Positions 1-7,700 of a stretch of DNA of 44,508 bases are shown here, in pieces. The translations under genes and the position numbers were made by a program. The notes beneath the pieces are model-generated. The model worked only from the letters and a program-made list of their open reading frames with translations. It searched no databases and was not told the origin of the DNA. Position 1 is the stretch's first letter, and every line of letters starts with the position of its first letter. The DNA is from a virus (taxonomy: Duplodnaviria; Caudoviricetes): positions 1-44,508 of the IMG/VR virus record IMGVR_UViG_3300036945_000596; one strand, written 5' to 3'.

Positions 1-2
1 TG

Positions 3-239
3 CTATCGGTTGACGGACACGCGCACAGTGCGCTCGACGGCCTGGCCACGACGCCGGCCGGTGGCGATGTGCGCCACGCAGGACTTGCTGACGTCGAACT
101 TGAGCGCCACCTCGGCGTAGCTCAGCCCAGCCTCCAGCAGTGCCAGGACCTGATCGACTTCATGGTCCAGGAGTTTGGCGCGTGGGTGGCTCTCGCCGAT
201 GCGCCTGCCGTTTTCGTTCAGTGCGACCAGTTTCTGCAT
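3..239 (-). CDS. Small helix-turn-helix DNA-binding protein; candidate late-gene activator
   Basis: ATG at 239 with AAGAAAGGG upstream. GESHPRAKL...GLSYAEVALKFDVSKSCVAHIATG is an HTH of the kind found at the C-terminus of phage HNH proteins. Confidence 0.7.
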   Translation of the reverse strand: MQKLVALNENGRRIGESHPRAKLLDHEVDQVLALLEAGLSYAEVALKFDVSKSCVAHIATGRRRGQAVERTVRVSVNR

Positions 240-344
240 GACCAGCCCTTTCTTGCAAAGTTTTGCACGTTCACCGCGTGCTCGGTGTTCCAGGGTCGAA
301 CGTGTAATCAAATGTTCATTCAGCACGTAATTGCCCCCGCTTCA

Positions 345-452
345 GTGCAACACTGCAACTCCCCCATAGGGTGGAGTTGCATTGCATTGCACTTTTTGAA
401 GCTGCGCAACACTGCAACAAATTGCAAGTTGCACAAAAAGTTGCAGTGTTGC
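345..452. repeat. Cluster of GCAACACTGCAAC direct/inverted repeats; putative replication origin
   Basis: 13-mer at 347-359 and 406-418, inverted copy at 440-452, hairpin TGCAACTCC/GGAGTTGCA at 354-381. Relatively AT-rich intergenic DNA just downstream of the primase gene. Confidence 0.6.
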
Positions 453-480
453 ATCGGTGAATGTGTTTTGTTTTGCACGT

Positions 481-2484
481 TCAGCAAACAGCAATGCAGC
501 CATCGTCTGCGATCCAATACGGCGAGTCATCGCCCGAGCACAGTGATTCGAGCGCCTTGCGAGCTCGCATCTTGCGTGTGTCCCTCTTGCCATCGGTCGG
601 CGGCTCCATGCGTTTGACGGCCTCGGCGAGCACAGGGCCAACCTCGATGCCCTCAGTCTGCGCGGTGGCGAACTCTTGGATCACATCGTTGACCACCTTC
701 TCGACCACACCCAACTTGCGCACGGCACCTGCCCCGATCACTGGCATCGCGGCCTCGATCACCACGCAGCTCGTGATGGGCTCCAGGTCTTCGTCGACAC
801 CGATCTTCACCACCTCAAGATCAAAGCCCCATTCGAGCTCGTCCTCGCCGTCCTTCTGTTTGGACAGGCGCAGCGCACGCCCTGTCGGTGTGCGCACCAC
901 CTCGAGCTCAGCGTCAGCTGCAGCGCGCAGGCCTGACCAGCCCCTGGCACCCTTGGTTGGGTCCTTGCCCGCGTGGTGCACCAGCACGACCACAGCGCCC
1001 GTGGCGCGGTGGATGCCCTTGCAGTGAGCCAGGGCCTTGCCCATGTCCTCGCCTGCGTTCTCGTTGGCACCTGGTGTGGTCTGGGCGAACGTGTCGACGA
1101 TGACCACGTCAGCGCCACCGCTGGCCTTGATGGCCTTGGCCACGTCCAGGGCGTCCTCTTTCAAGATCAGGTTGGGCGCGGCGTGGATGACACCGATGTC
1201 GAGCTCGGCCAGATCCACCTGGTGCTGGATGGCGTAGGCCTGCATGCGGTTGCGAAAGCCACCAGCGCCCTCGGCGGCGATGTACACCACCCTGCCCTGC
1301 TTGACCTTCTTGCCACGCCACGGCAGCCCTCGAGCGATCGCGCCGGCCATGTCCAGGGCCATGAAGCTCTTGCCCGCGCCACTGGCACCGAACAGCACCA
1401 CGAGCTCAGCCTGGGGCAGGACGTGCTTGATGATCCAAGTCGGTGCTGGCCTGTTGGCGAACTCGTCGGCGGCCAGGACCTGAAAGCGCAACGGCTTTTC
1501 CTCGGCCGGCAGCGGGTCCAGCTGCTCGAAGTCGCTGTCGTCGTCGATCAGGGCCTCGAACTCTTCCATGCTGGCCGGGCCATTGAGGCGGATCTTTGCC
1601 CCGTGCTCGTTGGCCAGGTGCACCAGGCTGCGACCAGTCACCTGGGAGCCGTTGCCCTTGCCAAACGAGCGCCACCGCTCTTCGTTGTAATCGCGGTTGG
1701 TGTACTTGCTGCTGTGGCCGCTCCACTCTTCCCAAATCTCAAAGCCGTCACCCTGCGTCTCGCAGTGGATGGCCATGCCGACCATCACCCAATCGTCGTA
1801 GTGCAGATCCGTAGGCAGCGCCGCCAGGCACTCCTCGATCTGCGCCATGGTCAGGCCCGCAGGCTCACCGCTGGTGCCGGTCTCGAGAGGCTCGCTGCTG
1901 CGTGCGAAGCGCTCGCGGTGCAGCTGCTCCACCACCTCGGGTAGTGGGGCCACGACGTCGGTGTTGCCCAGCAGCTCGGTGATGTCCAGCGTGTTGCCGG
2001 TGAACGTCACGAAGCCGCGCGTGCTGAAGCACTCCATGCCGAAGTCGACGTTGCGGATGGCTTTGCCGTTGCCCAGGTTGCCCTGGAAGAAGATGCGGAT
2101 GCCCTGGCCACTGGGGCTGAACTCGGCGTAGGAGTCGGCCACCAAGGCCTCGACCTGGGGATGGATCTTGCCGTCGGTGATGCAGTTGTCGAAGTCAAGC
2201 GCGCAGATGCCAAACTGCTGCAGAGCTGCGAAGCCCACGCCGTCGTACCCTCGGCGCGCTGCTGCAGCCTTGGCCGCGTCAAACGCGACCAAATTGGCAA
2301 TGTCCTTGGGTCCGCCTTGTTCACCGTGACGTTTGCCACCGTTGGCGTAGTAGGGAACCTTGCGGGGCTTGCCCCCGCCAGGGTTGTCTTCAAAGCGCCA
2401 GATGACCCATGCAGGCAGGTCACGGATGGCAGCTGGTGCCTCGACGTCTCTGAGGTGTGGAGTGATGCGGTGCACGTTGGTCAT
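481..2484 (-). CDS. Primase-polymerase (AEP) / PriCT-2 / RepA-like AAA helicase fusion
   Basis: N-terminal KVPY, LDFD, EFSPSGQGIR motifs. YDDWVMVGMAIH...WEEWS (PriCT-2). Walker A GASGAGKS, VYIAAEG, VIVDT, LVHHAGK, RGWS. Confidence 0.9.
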   Translation of the reverse strand: MTNVHRITPHLRDVEAPAAIRDLPAWVIWRFEDNPGGGKPRKVPYYANGGKRHGEQGGPKDIANLVAFDAAKAAAARRGYDGVGFAALQQFGICALDFDNCITDGKIHPQVEALVADSYAEFSPSGQGIRIFFQGNLGNGKAIRNVDFGMECFSTRGFVTFTGNTLDITELLGNTDVVAPLPEVVEQLHRERFARSSEPLETGTSGEPAGLTMAQIEECLAALPTDLHYDDWVMVGMAIHCETQGDGFEIWEEWSGHSSKYTNRDYNEERWRSFGKGNGSQVTGRSLVHLANEHGAKIRLNGPASMEEFEALIDDDSDFEQLDPLPAEEKPLRFQVLAADEFANRPAPTWIIKHVLPQAELVVLFGASGAGKSFMALDMAGAIARGLPWRGKKVKQGRVVYIAAEGAGGFRNRMQAYAIQHQVDLAELDIGVIHAAPNLILKEDALDVAKAIKASGGADVVIVDTFAQTTPGANENAGEDMGKALAHCKGIHRATGAVVVLVHHAGKDPTKGARGWSGLRAAADAELEVVRTPTGRALRLSKQKDGEDELEWGFDLEVVKIGVDEDLEPITSCVVIEAAMPVIGAGAVRKLGVVEKVVNDVIQEFATAQTEGIEVGPVLAEAVKRMEPPTDGKRDTRKMRARKALESLCSGDDSPYWIADDGCIAVC

Positions 2485-2513
2485 GTGCGCCCCGCTGTAG
2501 AAGGTTCAAACAT
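2481..2513 (-). CDS. 10-aa leader peptide MFEPSTAGRT translationally coupled to the primase
   Basis: ATG at 2513; its TGA overlaps the primase ATG (ATGA). The start codon overlaps the downstream antisense target. Confidence 0.45.
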   Translation of the reverse strand: MFEPSTAGRT

Positions 2514-2529
2514 TGGCGGCTTTCAAAAG

Positions 2530-2601
2530 CGCCATGGGTGGAGGTTCCGTGAAAGTCGCCAAACCCCCCGTTGTCCACGGGCGGAACCCCCACCCATGGC
2601 G
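2530..2601 (-). ncRNA. Structured RNA resembling P4 CI / P1 C4 antisense RNAs
   Basis: 20-bp stem 2582-2601/2530-2549 (the one mismatch is a G-U pair on the minus strand), inner hairpin CCCGU-GGACA-ACGGG. Loop and bulge are complementary to flanking sequences on both sides. Confidence 0.6.
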
Positions 2602-2626
2602 GGACAAATCGGTTTGGCTAGTCAGG

Positions 2627-2642
2627 ACTTTAGCAGAACGTA
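2627..2642 (-). promoter_or_regulatory. Extended -10 promoter (TG-C-TAAAGT) for the leader RNA/primase, overlapping a degenerate operator
   Basis: Minus-strand TGCTAAAGT at 2635-2627; TAGCA-GA-ACGTA at 2631-2642. Confidence 0.45.
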
Positions 2643-2647
2643 AAACT

Positions 2648-2821
2648 TCACACCTGGCGCGCATACTTGCGCAAGAACAGGCCAGTGAGGACAACCTCGC
2701 CGCGAGCCCTGGCCATCTCTGTGTACTCGCAGACCCACTCGGTGCGCTCACGTCGCACCAGGATCACGATGTTGCCGCTGGGCAGCATCACCCGCATGCC
2801 AATGGCCAGCACTTCAATCAT
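2648..2821 (-). CDS. Hypothetical protein
   Basis: Short ORF (MIEVLAIGMRVMLPSG...) overlapping the end of the upstream small ORF; start uncertain (2821 or 2830). Confidence 0.55.
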   Translation of the reverse strand: MIEVLAIGMRVMLPSGNIVILVRRERTEWVCEYTEMARARGEVVLTGLFLRKYARQV

Positions 2822-2915
2822 CGCGGTCATCCCTGGCCATCTGCATCAGCGCAGCGGTGGCGAAGCCCGCGAGGTAGCACACCCAGCACAGGATCACGAC
2901 TTGCCACCAGCTCAT
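2814..2915 (-). CDS. 33-aa membrane peptide
   Basis: MSWWQVVILCWVCYLAGFATAALMQMARDDRDD; ATGA overlap with the Cro-like gene stop. Confidence 0.55.
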   Translation of the reverse strand: MSWWQVVILCWVCYLAGFATAALMQMARDDRDD

Positions 2916-3241
2916 AGGGTCAACTCCAGTTGTCGGGCATCAACGATGGGGAACTCCGAGACGATGGCCTGGCCCTTGAGGCACTTCTGCGCGTACTCAC
3001 ACTGCAGGCAGGCCTCGGACAGATCGGTGCGGTAGATCCTGGGCAGCCGGCCCTTGCTGGCCTTGTGCATCTCGGCAGTGGAGCGCTCGATGGCACCGGC
3101 ACGCTCAGCGCTGGCCGTGCGGTGGCCGCCTGCGTACTGGTAGAGCATGCCTCGCGTGGTGCCCACACGCTCTGCCAGGAGCTCTTGTTCGTCGACCGTG
3201 GCGGCGGCCATCCAGGCCTTCATGGAAGTGATGGTTTTCAT
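2912..3241 (-). CDS. Cro-like HTH regulator
   Basis: QELLAERVGTTRGMLYQYAGGHR...A.AIE...I.RTDL (Cro/YdaS-like), C-terminal CxxCxxxxxC; divergent from the CI-like gene. Confidence 0.75.
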   Translation of the reverse strand: MKTITSMKAWMAAATVDEQELLAERVGTTRGMLYQYAGGHRTASAERAGAIERSTAEMHKASKGRLPRIYRTDLSEACLQCEYAQKCLKGQAIVSEFPIVDARQLELTL

Positions 3242-3248
3242 GGCCGGG

Positions 3249-3300
3249 AGTTTAGCAGGCGGTAAAGGTATTGCAGCAAGCTGCGCGCGTTTGCTACCCT
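3249..3300. promoter_or_regulatory. Divergent promoter/operator region of the genetic switch
   Basis: Minus-strand TG-C-TAAACT (3257-3249), plus-strand TG-C-TACCCT (3292-3300), operator-like TAGCA-GG-CGGTA (3253-3264) and half-site TGCTA (3292-3296). Confidence 0.55.
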
Positions 3301-3308
3301 GCCTGGTC

Positions 3309-3722
3309 ATGAGATCCGTCTACGACCAACGCCGGGAAAACCTGCGCAAGCTGATCACCGAGTGGGGTGGCCCCACATCGATGGCCAAGAAGCTAGGCCA
3401 CAGCAATGGCTCCTACGTGGCCCAGCTGGGCGGGCCCAATCCCTCACGCGAGATCAGCGAGAAAGTGGCCAGGGATATGGAGGCCAAGCTCGGCCTGCCG
3501 ATCGCCTGGCTCGACCAGGAGCACACCAGCAACGGCCGCCAGCTGGATCAGGAGACGCTGTCGGCCTGCGTGCGTGCCGTGGCGGCCGCAATCCGTGACG
3601 CAGGTCTCAAGCCTGATCCCGATGCTTATGCGAATCTGGTGAGCCTGGTCTATGAGCACGCCAAGCTCACGGGCCGGGTTGACGAGCCATTCATCCACAA
3701 ATTACTGGGACTGATCCGATGA
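3309..3722 (+). CDS. CI-like repressor (N-terminal XRE HTH, no recognisable S24 peptidase domain)
   Basis: RRENLRKLI..WGGPTSMAKKLG.SNGSYVAQL....REISEKVARDMEAKLGLPIAWLD is a typical phage repressor N-domain; divergent from the Cro-like gene. Confidence 0.8.
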   Translation: MRSVYDQRRENLRKLITEWGGPTSMAKKLGHSNGSYVAQLGGPNPSREISEKVARDMEAKLGLPIAWLDQEHTSNGRQLDQETLSACVRAVAAAIRDAGLKPDPDAYANLVSLVYEHAKLTGRVDEPFIHKLLGLIR

Positions 3723-3883
3723 GCGACGAACAGATCAAGCAGCGCATCGCCTACCTGGTGGAACACGGGGGGCTGTACGACGATCCGATCGAGGACCTGC
3801 GCAGTAAGGTGCGGGTGTTGTTCTACATGTGCAGCGCGGCGTGCGTCTGCGGGGTGGTGGGATTGATCTTGTTGCTGCGCTAA
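3719..3883 (+). CDS. 54-aa protein with C-terminal transmembrane segment, co-transcribed with the repressor
   Basis: MSDEQIKQRIAYLVEHGGLYDDPIEDLRSKVRVLFYMCSAACVCGVVGLILLLR; ATGA overlap with the repressor stop. Confidence 0.6.
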   Translation: MSDEQIKQRIAYLVEHGGLYDDPIEDLRSKVRVLFYMCSAACVCGVVGLILLLR

Positions 3884-3901
3884 TCTGCGTGGTTGCTGAG
3901 T

Positions 3902-3933
3902 AAAGCCCCTGTTGTGAGCAGGGGCTTTATTTT
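3902..3933 (+). terminator. Rho-independent terminator ending the repressor operon
   Basis: AAAGCCCCTG-ttgtgag-CAGGGGCTTT followed by ATTTT. Confidence 0.75.
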
Positions 3934-3961
3934 GAGCCGGTGTTTTAGCATCTGCTACAAT
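3932..3961 (+). promoter_or_regulatory. Early sigma70-like promoter with overlapping operator
   Basis: TTGAGC-18 bp-TACAAT; TAGCA-TC-TGCTA at 3946-3957. Confidence 0.65.
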
Positions 3962-3993
3962 TCCTCATCGCAACAAATTCACCGGAGCTCAAC

Positions 3994-4332
3994 ATGCAAG
4001 TCCACTTCGATACCTACAAAGTCACAGGCCAGATCACCACCAAGCGTGGCGAGCCCTTCGACCTGCACAGCGTCGAGATCACCATCGGCAAGGACCGCCG
4101 CGAAGTCGCCTGTGGCGCGGTGTACAACGGCTGGATCAAGATCTTCGATCTGGCCGTGCGTTTTTCCCACGGCTCCAAAATGTGGCCCGGCAGCGCCACC
4201 TACTGGATCGAGAGCGGCAACGTGAACAACCTGAGCCCCAACATCGACAAGCGCGGCCACTTCATCCTCGCAGGCTTCATGGCCGACTACGAAAACCGTG
4301 CCGTGCGCAGCCAGCACAACGCCGTCGCTTAA
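3994..4332 (+). CDS. Hypothetical early protein
   Basis: 112-aa ORF with GGAG RBS, downstream of the promoter. Confidence 0.7.
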   Translation: MQVHFDTYKVTGQITTKRGEPFDLHSVEITIGKDRREVACGAVYNGWIKIFDLAVRFSHGSKMWPGSATYWIESGNVNNLSPNIDKRGHFILAGFMADYENRAVRSQHNAVA

Positions 4333-4373
4333 CCCCTTAACCACCCGTGGCATCACGTTTTAAGGAGCCCACC

Positions 4374-4511
4374 ATGAAATACATCTACATCGTCATCGAC
4401 TCGCAAGGCCTGATCCTCGGTGCGTTCAGCAAGCAGAAAGCAGCCCAAGCCGCCGCCGACGCCCACAGCTACTTTTGCCGCATCTCTTGCGAACCCATCA
4501 TCACCAAGTAA
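4374..4511 (+). CDS. 45-aa hypothetical early protein
   Basis: MKYIYIVIDSQGLILGAFSKQKAAQAAADAHSYFCRISCEPIITK, strong TAAGGAG RBS. Confidence 0.65.
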   Translation: MKYIYIVIDSQGLILGAFSKQKAAQAAADAHSYFCRISCEPIITK

Positions 4512-4521
4512 GGAGCCCACC

Positions 4522-4830
4522 ATGACAACACGCCAAAAACTGATCGACCACCTAGCCAACCTAAAGCTCGCACGCGACGAGGCCTTTGCTACAGGTGACT
4601 GGGAGCACGTCGACTATCTGGGGCTGTGCATCGACGACACCCAAGACGCCCTCACAGCGCAAAATCTTATCGAGGCCATCAAGGCCAAGCCTGGCCACCA
4701 AGTTTTCCAAGGCAGCACTGGCGGCGCGGTGATCGTCGCCATCACCCGCGCCAACAGCGTCGCCCAGCGCAGCGTGTGGCTGGGTCGTCGCAGCACCATC
4801 GAAAACCTGCAGGCCATCTTGGCCGCCTGA
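4522..4830 (+). CDS. Hypothetical early protein
   Basis: MTTRQKLIDHLAN..., TAAGGAG RBS. Confidence 0.7.
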   Translation: MTTRQKLIDHLANLKLARDEAFATGDWEHVDYLGLCIDDTQDALTAQNLIEAIKAKPGHQVFQGSTGGAVIVAITRANSVAQRSVWLGRRSTIENLQAILAA

Positions 4831-4842
4831 GAGGAGCCCACC

Positions 4843-5073
4843 ATGACCACCCTCTCCTTCACCTACCAGGCCCTGCCCGGCACGATCGAAACCCAGGGCA
4901 CCGACGTGTTCGTGCGTTGGGGCGGTGCCTCCTTCCAAAAGGAAGCCGCCGTCGGCCCCCTGGCCATCGCCATCGACCAGGCGATCGCCGCCCAGGCCGA
5001 GCGCGACCGCAACACCCGCACCCACTACGCCAGCATGAGCCGCGCCGCTCGCCGCCGTTTTCTTGACGACTGA
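4843..5073 (+). CDS. Hypothetical early protein
   Basis: 76 aa, GAGGAG RBS. Confidence 0.7.
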   Translation: MTTLSFTYQALPGTIETQGTDVFVRWGGASFQKEAAVGPLAIAIDQAIAAQAERDRNTRTHYASMSRAARRRFLDD

Positions 5074-5086
5074 AAGGACCTGAACC

Positions 5087-5176
5087 ATGAAACGCGAAAC
5101 CCTCTACGACATCGCCACCGCCGTGGTCATCGGCATCGGCCTGGCCGCCGTCCTGGTTTACGGCTGGCCGCTGTGA
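5087..5176 (+). CDS. 29-aa membrane peptide
   Basis: MKRETLYDIATAVVIGIGLAAVLVYGWPL, GAAAGGA RBS. Confidence 0.6.
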   Translation: MKRETLYDIATAVVIGIGLAAVLVYGWPL

Positions 5177-5201
5177 CCGCCAGAAAAGATTTCCCCAAAG
5201 C

Positions 5202-5224
5202 TGTAGCAGACGCTACAATATAAT
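5202..5224 (+). promoter_or_regulatory. Operator plus -10 elements ahead of the replication operon
   Basis: TGTAGC-AGAC-GCTACA palindrome (5202-5217), TACAAT (5214-5219), TATAAT (5219-5224). Confidence 0.65.
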
Positions 5225-5256
5225 TTTTCAACAGCTAAACCCGAAAGGAAGCAACC

Positions 5257-5697
5257 ATGAGTATCGAACAAGCCCTCGCCGAGAACACGGCAGCCATCAA
5301 CGCCCTGATCGGCGTCTGGTCCAAGCTCAACGCCCAGGCCAATCACATCGACGTGACCGCCCCTGGCGACACCGTCGTCGCTGCTGGCAAGACTGTCGCC
5401 GCCAAGCCCGAGAAGGCTGTCGCCAAGCAGGAGCCCAAGCCCGACCCAAAGCGCGAGAGTGCTGCGGAACCTTCCGCACCGGAAGCGCCCGCTGCACAGA
5501 CTGCCTCCTCGAGCGAGCCCGTCGACTATCCAACCCTGCAAAAGGCGGTGTTTGCCCTGGCCGGCAAGAGCCGTGAAGCAGCTGCTGCTGTGGCCGCCAG
5601 CATGGGCGTGAAGACGTTCAAGGAGCTTGACCAGTCCAAGTGGGCCGACGCCCTGGTCGCGGTCAACGCCAAGCTGGCCGAGCTCGAGGCTGCGTAA
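5257..5697 (+). CDS. Conserved phage protein upstream of DUF2800
   Basis: MSIEQAL.ENT N-terminus, Ala/Pro/Lys linker, C-terminal helical domain (MGVKTFKELDQSKW); usual synteny in APSE/BPP-1-like replication modules. Confidence 0.75.
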   Translation: MSIEQALAENTAAINALIGVWSKLNAQANHIDVTAPGDTVVAAGKTVAAKPEKAVAKQEPKPDPKRESAAEPSAPEAPAAQTASSSEPVDYPTLQKAVFALAGKSREAAAAVAASMGVKTFKELDQSKWADALVAVNAKLAELEAA

Positions 5698-7011
5698 ATG
5701 ACCGCCGCCCACAGCTACTGGTCCGCCAGCAAGTTCGAGAGCCTGATGCTTTGCCCCGGCAAGATCGTGCTCGAGGACGGCGCGCCAGACAACACCAACG
5801 CCTACGCTGCCGAGGGCACCGCCGCGCACCAGGTGCTGACCTGGGCGCTGCAGGAGGAGCGCCCTGCGTCTGCTTACATCGGCCGTTTGATCCACCTGGA
5901 CAGCCGAGGCAAGGTCTGCGGCCCAGACATCAACGTGCTTGAATTCTCCTTCGAGGTGGACCAGGACATGGCCGATCACGTCCAGACGTGCATCGACTAC
6001 TGCCTGGATCTCAAGGGCGACGACGGCGTGCTGTTCGCCGACATCCGCGTGAACTACTCCAGCTACCTGGACGTAGAGCACGACACCGCCTGGGGCACCG
6101 CCGACGTGATCATCGCCCGTGGCGATGAGCTGATCGTCGTCGACTTCAAGTACGGCCGTGGGGTCGAGGTCGACGCCGAGAAGAACCCGCAGATGTCGCT
6201 GTACGGCCTCGGCGCGCTGCAGGCATACCAGGGCCTGGTCGCTGACTTCGAGCGCGTGCGCCTGGCCATCAGCCAGCCCCGCGTGAAGCGCGCGCCCAGC
6301 GAGTGGGACTGCACCGTCGAGGCGCTCGAGACCTGGGGCCGGTCGACTGCACGCAGTGCGGTGGTTTCCTGCAAGCTCGCTGCCGAGTTCAAGAACGACA
6401 CGCCGGTCGAGCCCGAGCTGTGGGAGCAAACCTACCTGCGCCCCGCCGAGAAGGCCTGCAAGTTCTGCAAGGCCAAGGCCACCTGCCCTGCCCTGCGCGA
6501 CGAGGTGGCCGAGACCCTGGGAACAAGCGCTGCCAGCGTGGACGAGTTCATGGACCAGGAGATTGACCAGCCCACCAGCGCGAGCCCTGAGACCTGGCTG
6601 TCTGCGTGCTTGGACAAGGTCGACCTGATCGAGGACTGGTGCAAGGCGATCCGTGCCGAGGTCGAGCGCCGTCTGGTGGCCGGTGCCTCAGTGCCTGGCT
6701 ACAAACTGGTGCAAGGCAAGAAAGGCAACCGCGCCTGGGACAAGCCTGCCGAGGTCGAGGCCCTGCTCAAAACGATGCGCTTGAAGGAAGCCGAGATGTA
6801 CGACTTCAAGCTGATCAGCCCCACCACCGCCGAGAAGCTGGCCAAGGCCGGCACGATCGGCCCACGCCAGTGGCCCAAGGTGCTGGAGAAGATCACCCAA
6901 TCCGAGGGCAAGCCACATGTGGCCCCCTTAACCGATTCACGTCCGGCCCTGGTGGTCACGCCGGTCGTTGATGACTTCACCGACGTGACCACCGCTGACG
7001 ATCTCGCTTAA
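5698..7011 (+). CDS. DUF2800 Cas4-like PD-(D/E)XK nuclease
   Basis: HS..SAS...CPG, AAEGTAAH, WGTAD, VVDFKYGRG, NPQMSLYGLGA, CKFCKAKATCP, GYKLVQG. Confidence 0.9.
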   Translation: MTAAHSYWSASKFESLMLCPGKIVLEDGAPDNTNAYAAEGTAAHQVLTWALQEERPASAYIGRLIHLDSRGKVCGPDINVLEFSFEVDQDMADHVQTCIDYCLDLKGDDGVLFADIRVNYSSYLDVEHDTAWGTADVIIARGDELIVVDFKYGRGVEVDAEKNPQMSLYGLGALQAYQGLVADFERVRLAISQPRVKRAPSEWDCTVEALETWGRSTARSAVVSCKLAAEFKNDTPVEPELWEQTYLRPAEKACKFCKAKATCPALRDEVAETLGTSAASVDEFMDQEIDQPTSASPETWLSACLDKVDLIEDWCKAIRAEVERRLVAGASVPGYKLVQGKKGNRAWDKPAEVEALLKTMRLKEAEMYDFKLISPTTAEKLAKAGTIGPRQWPKVLEKITQSEGKPHVAPLTDSRPALVVTPVVDDFTDVTTADDLA

Positions 7012-7038
7012 TTTTTCTTCACTTCATAGGACCATTCC

Positions 7039-7617
7039 ATGTCTACACAATCCAAACCCATCGGCCGCATCCTGATCAAAAACGTGCGCCTGGCATTCCC
7101 CAACCTGTTCGAGCCCACCACCGTGGCTGGCGAAGGCAAGCCCCGCTACAGCGCCACGCTGCTGATCCCTGCTGACCACCCACAGATCGCTGAGATCCGC
7201 GCCGCCCAGGACGCGATCGCCAAAGAGAAGTGGCGCGACAAGGCCGCCGCCATCGTGCGTGGCCTGGACAAGCAGGACAAGCTGGCGCTGCACGACGGCG
7301 ACACCAAAAGCAAGTACGACGGTTTCCCTGGCAACTTCTTCGTGAGCGCTGCCGCCCAGGAAAACGCAGCACCGACCGTGATCGACCGCGATCGCAGCCC
7401 GCTGTCTGCCAAGTCTGGCCGCCCCTACGCTGGCTGCTTCGTGAACGCCTCGATCGAGCTGTGGGCGCAGGACAACAGCTACGGCCAGCGCGTGAACGCC
7501 CAGCTGCGTGGCATCCAGTTCTACGCCGACGGCGACTCGTTCAGCGCAGGCCGCCCAGCCGATGCTGACGAGTTCGAGGAAGTCACCGAAGGCGCAGGTG
7601 CCGACGACTTCGCCTGA
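7039..7617 (+). CDS. Single-stranded DNA-binding protein (DUF2815 / T7 gp2.5-like)
   Basis: VRLAFPNLFEP, LHDGD, YAGCFVN, LRGIQF..DGD, acidic tail ending DDFA. Confidence 0.9.
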   Translation: MSTQSKPIGRILIKNVRLAFPNLFEPTTVAGEGKPRYSATLLIPADHPQIAEIRAAQDAIAKEKWRDKAAAIVRGLDKQDKLALHDGDTKSKYDGFPGNFFVSAAAQENAAPTVIDRDRSPLSAKSGRPYAGCFVNASIELWAQDNSYGQRVNAQLRGIQFYADGDSFSAGRPADADEFEEVTEGAGADDFA

Positions 7618-7620
7618 ACG

Positions 7621-7647
7621 AAAAAAGGCCCGCTGTGAGGCGGGCCT
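7621..7647 (-). terminator. Hairpin whose U-tract is on the minus strand
   Basis: AGGCCCGC-tgtgag-GCGGGCCT preceded by AAAAA on the plus strand. Confidence 0.5.
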
Positions 7648-7671
7648 AAAACCTTCAAGGAGAAAGCAACT

Positions 7672-7700
7672 TGCCCCGCGATTATAGCGGGGCAGTTTTT
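7672..7700 (+). terminator. Terminator-like hairpin between SSB and DNA polymerase
   Basis: TGCCCCGC-gattata-GCGGGGCA followed by GTTTTT. Confidence 0.55.

Larger units (their letters stand above)
4363..4846 (+). repeat. Three exact copies of AGGAGCCCACCATGA (RBS plus start)
   Basis: 4363-4377, 4511-4525, 4832-4846. Confidence 0.85.

Noticed and set aside
2530-2601. tRNA or simple terminator interpretation of the long hairpin
   Set aside because: No tRNA D/T-loop consensus. The internal hairpin, large bulge and complementarity to both flanks go beyond a plain terminator, although a short U-run follows the stem.
3147-3310. Longer ORF-track starts for the repressor (3147) and Cro-like gene (3310)
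   Set aside because: They overlap each other and the promoter/operator region; domain boundaries fit ATGs at 3309 and 3241.
4363-4846. Mini CRISPR array from the 15-bp repeats
   Set aside because: Repeats are RBS/start sequences separated by whole ORFs of unequal length.
5698-7011. CRISPR-Cas system suggested by a Cas4-like nuclease
   Set aside because: Standard DUF2800 replication-module gene; no repeat-spacer array or other cas genes.
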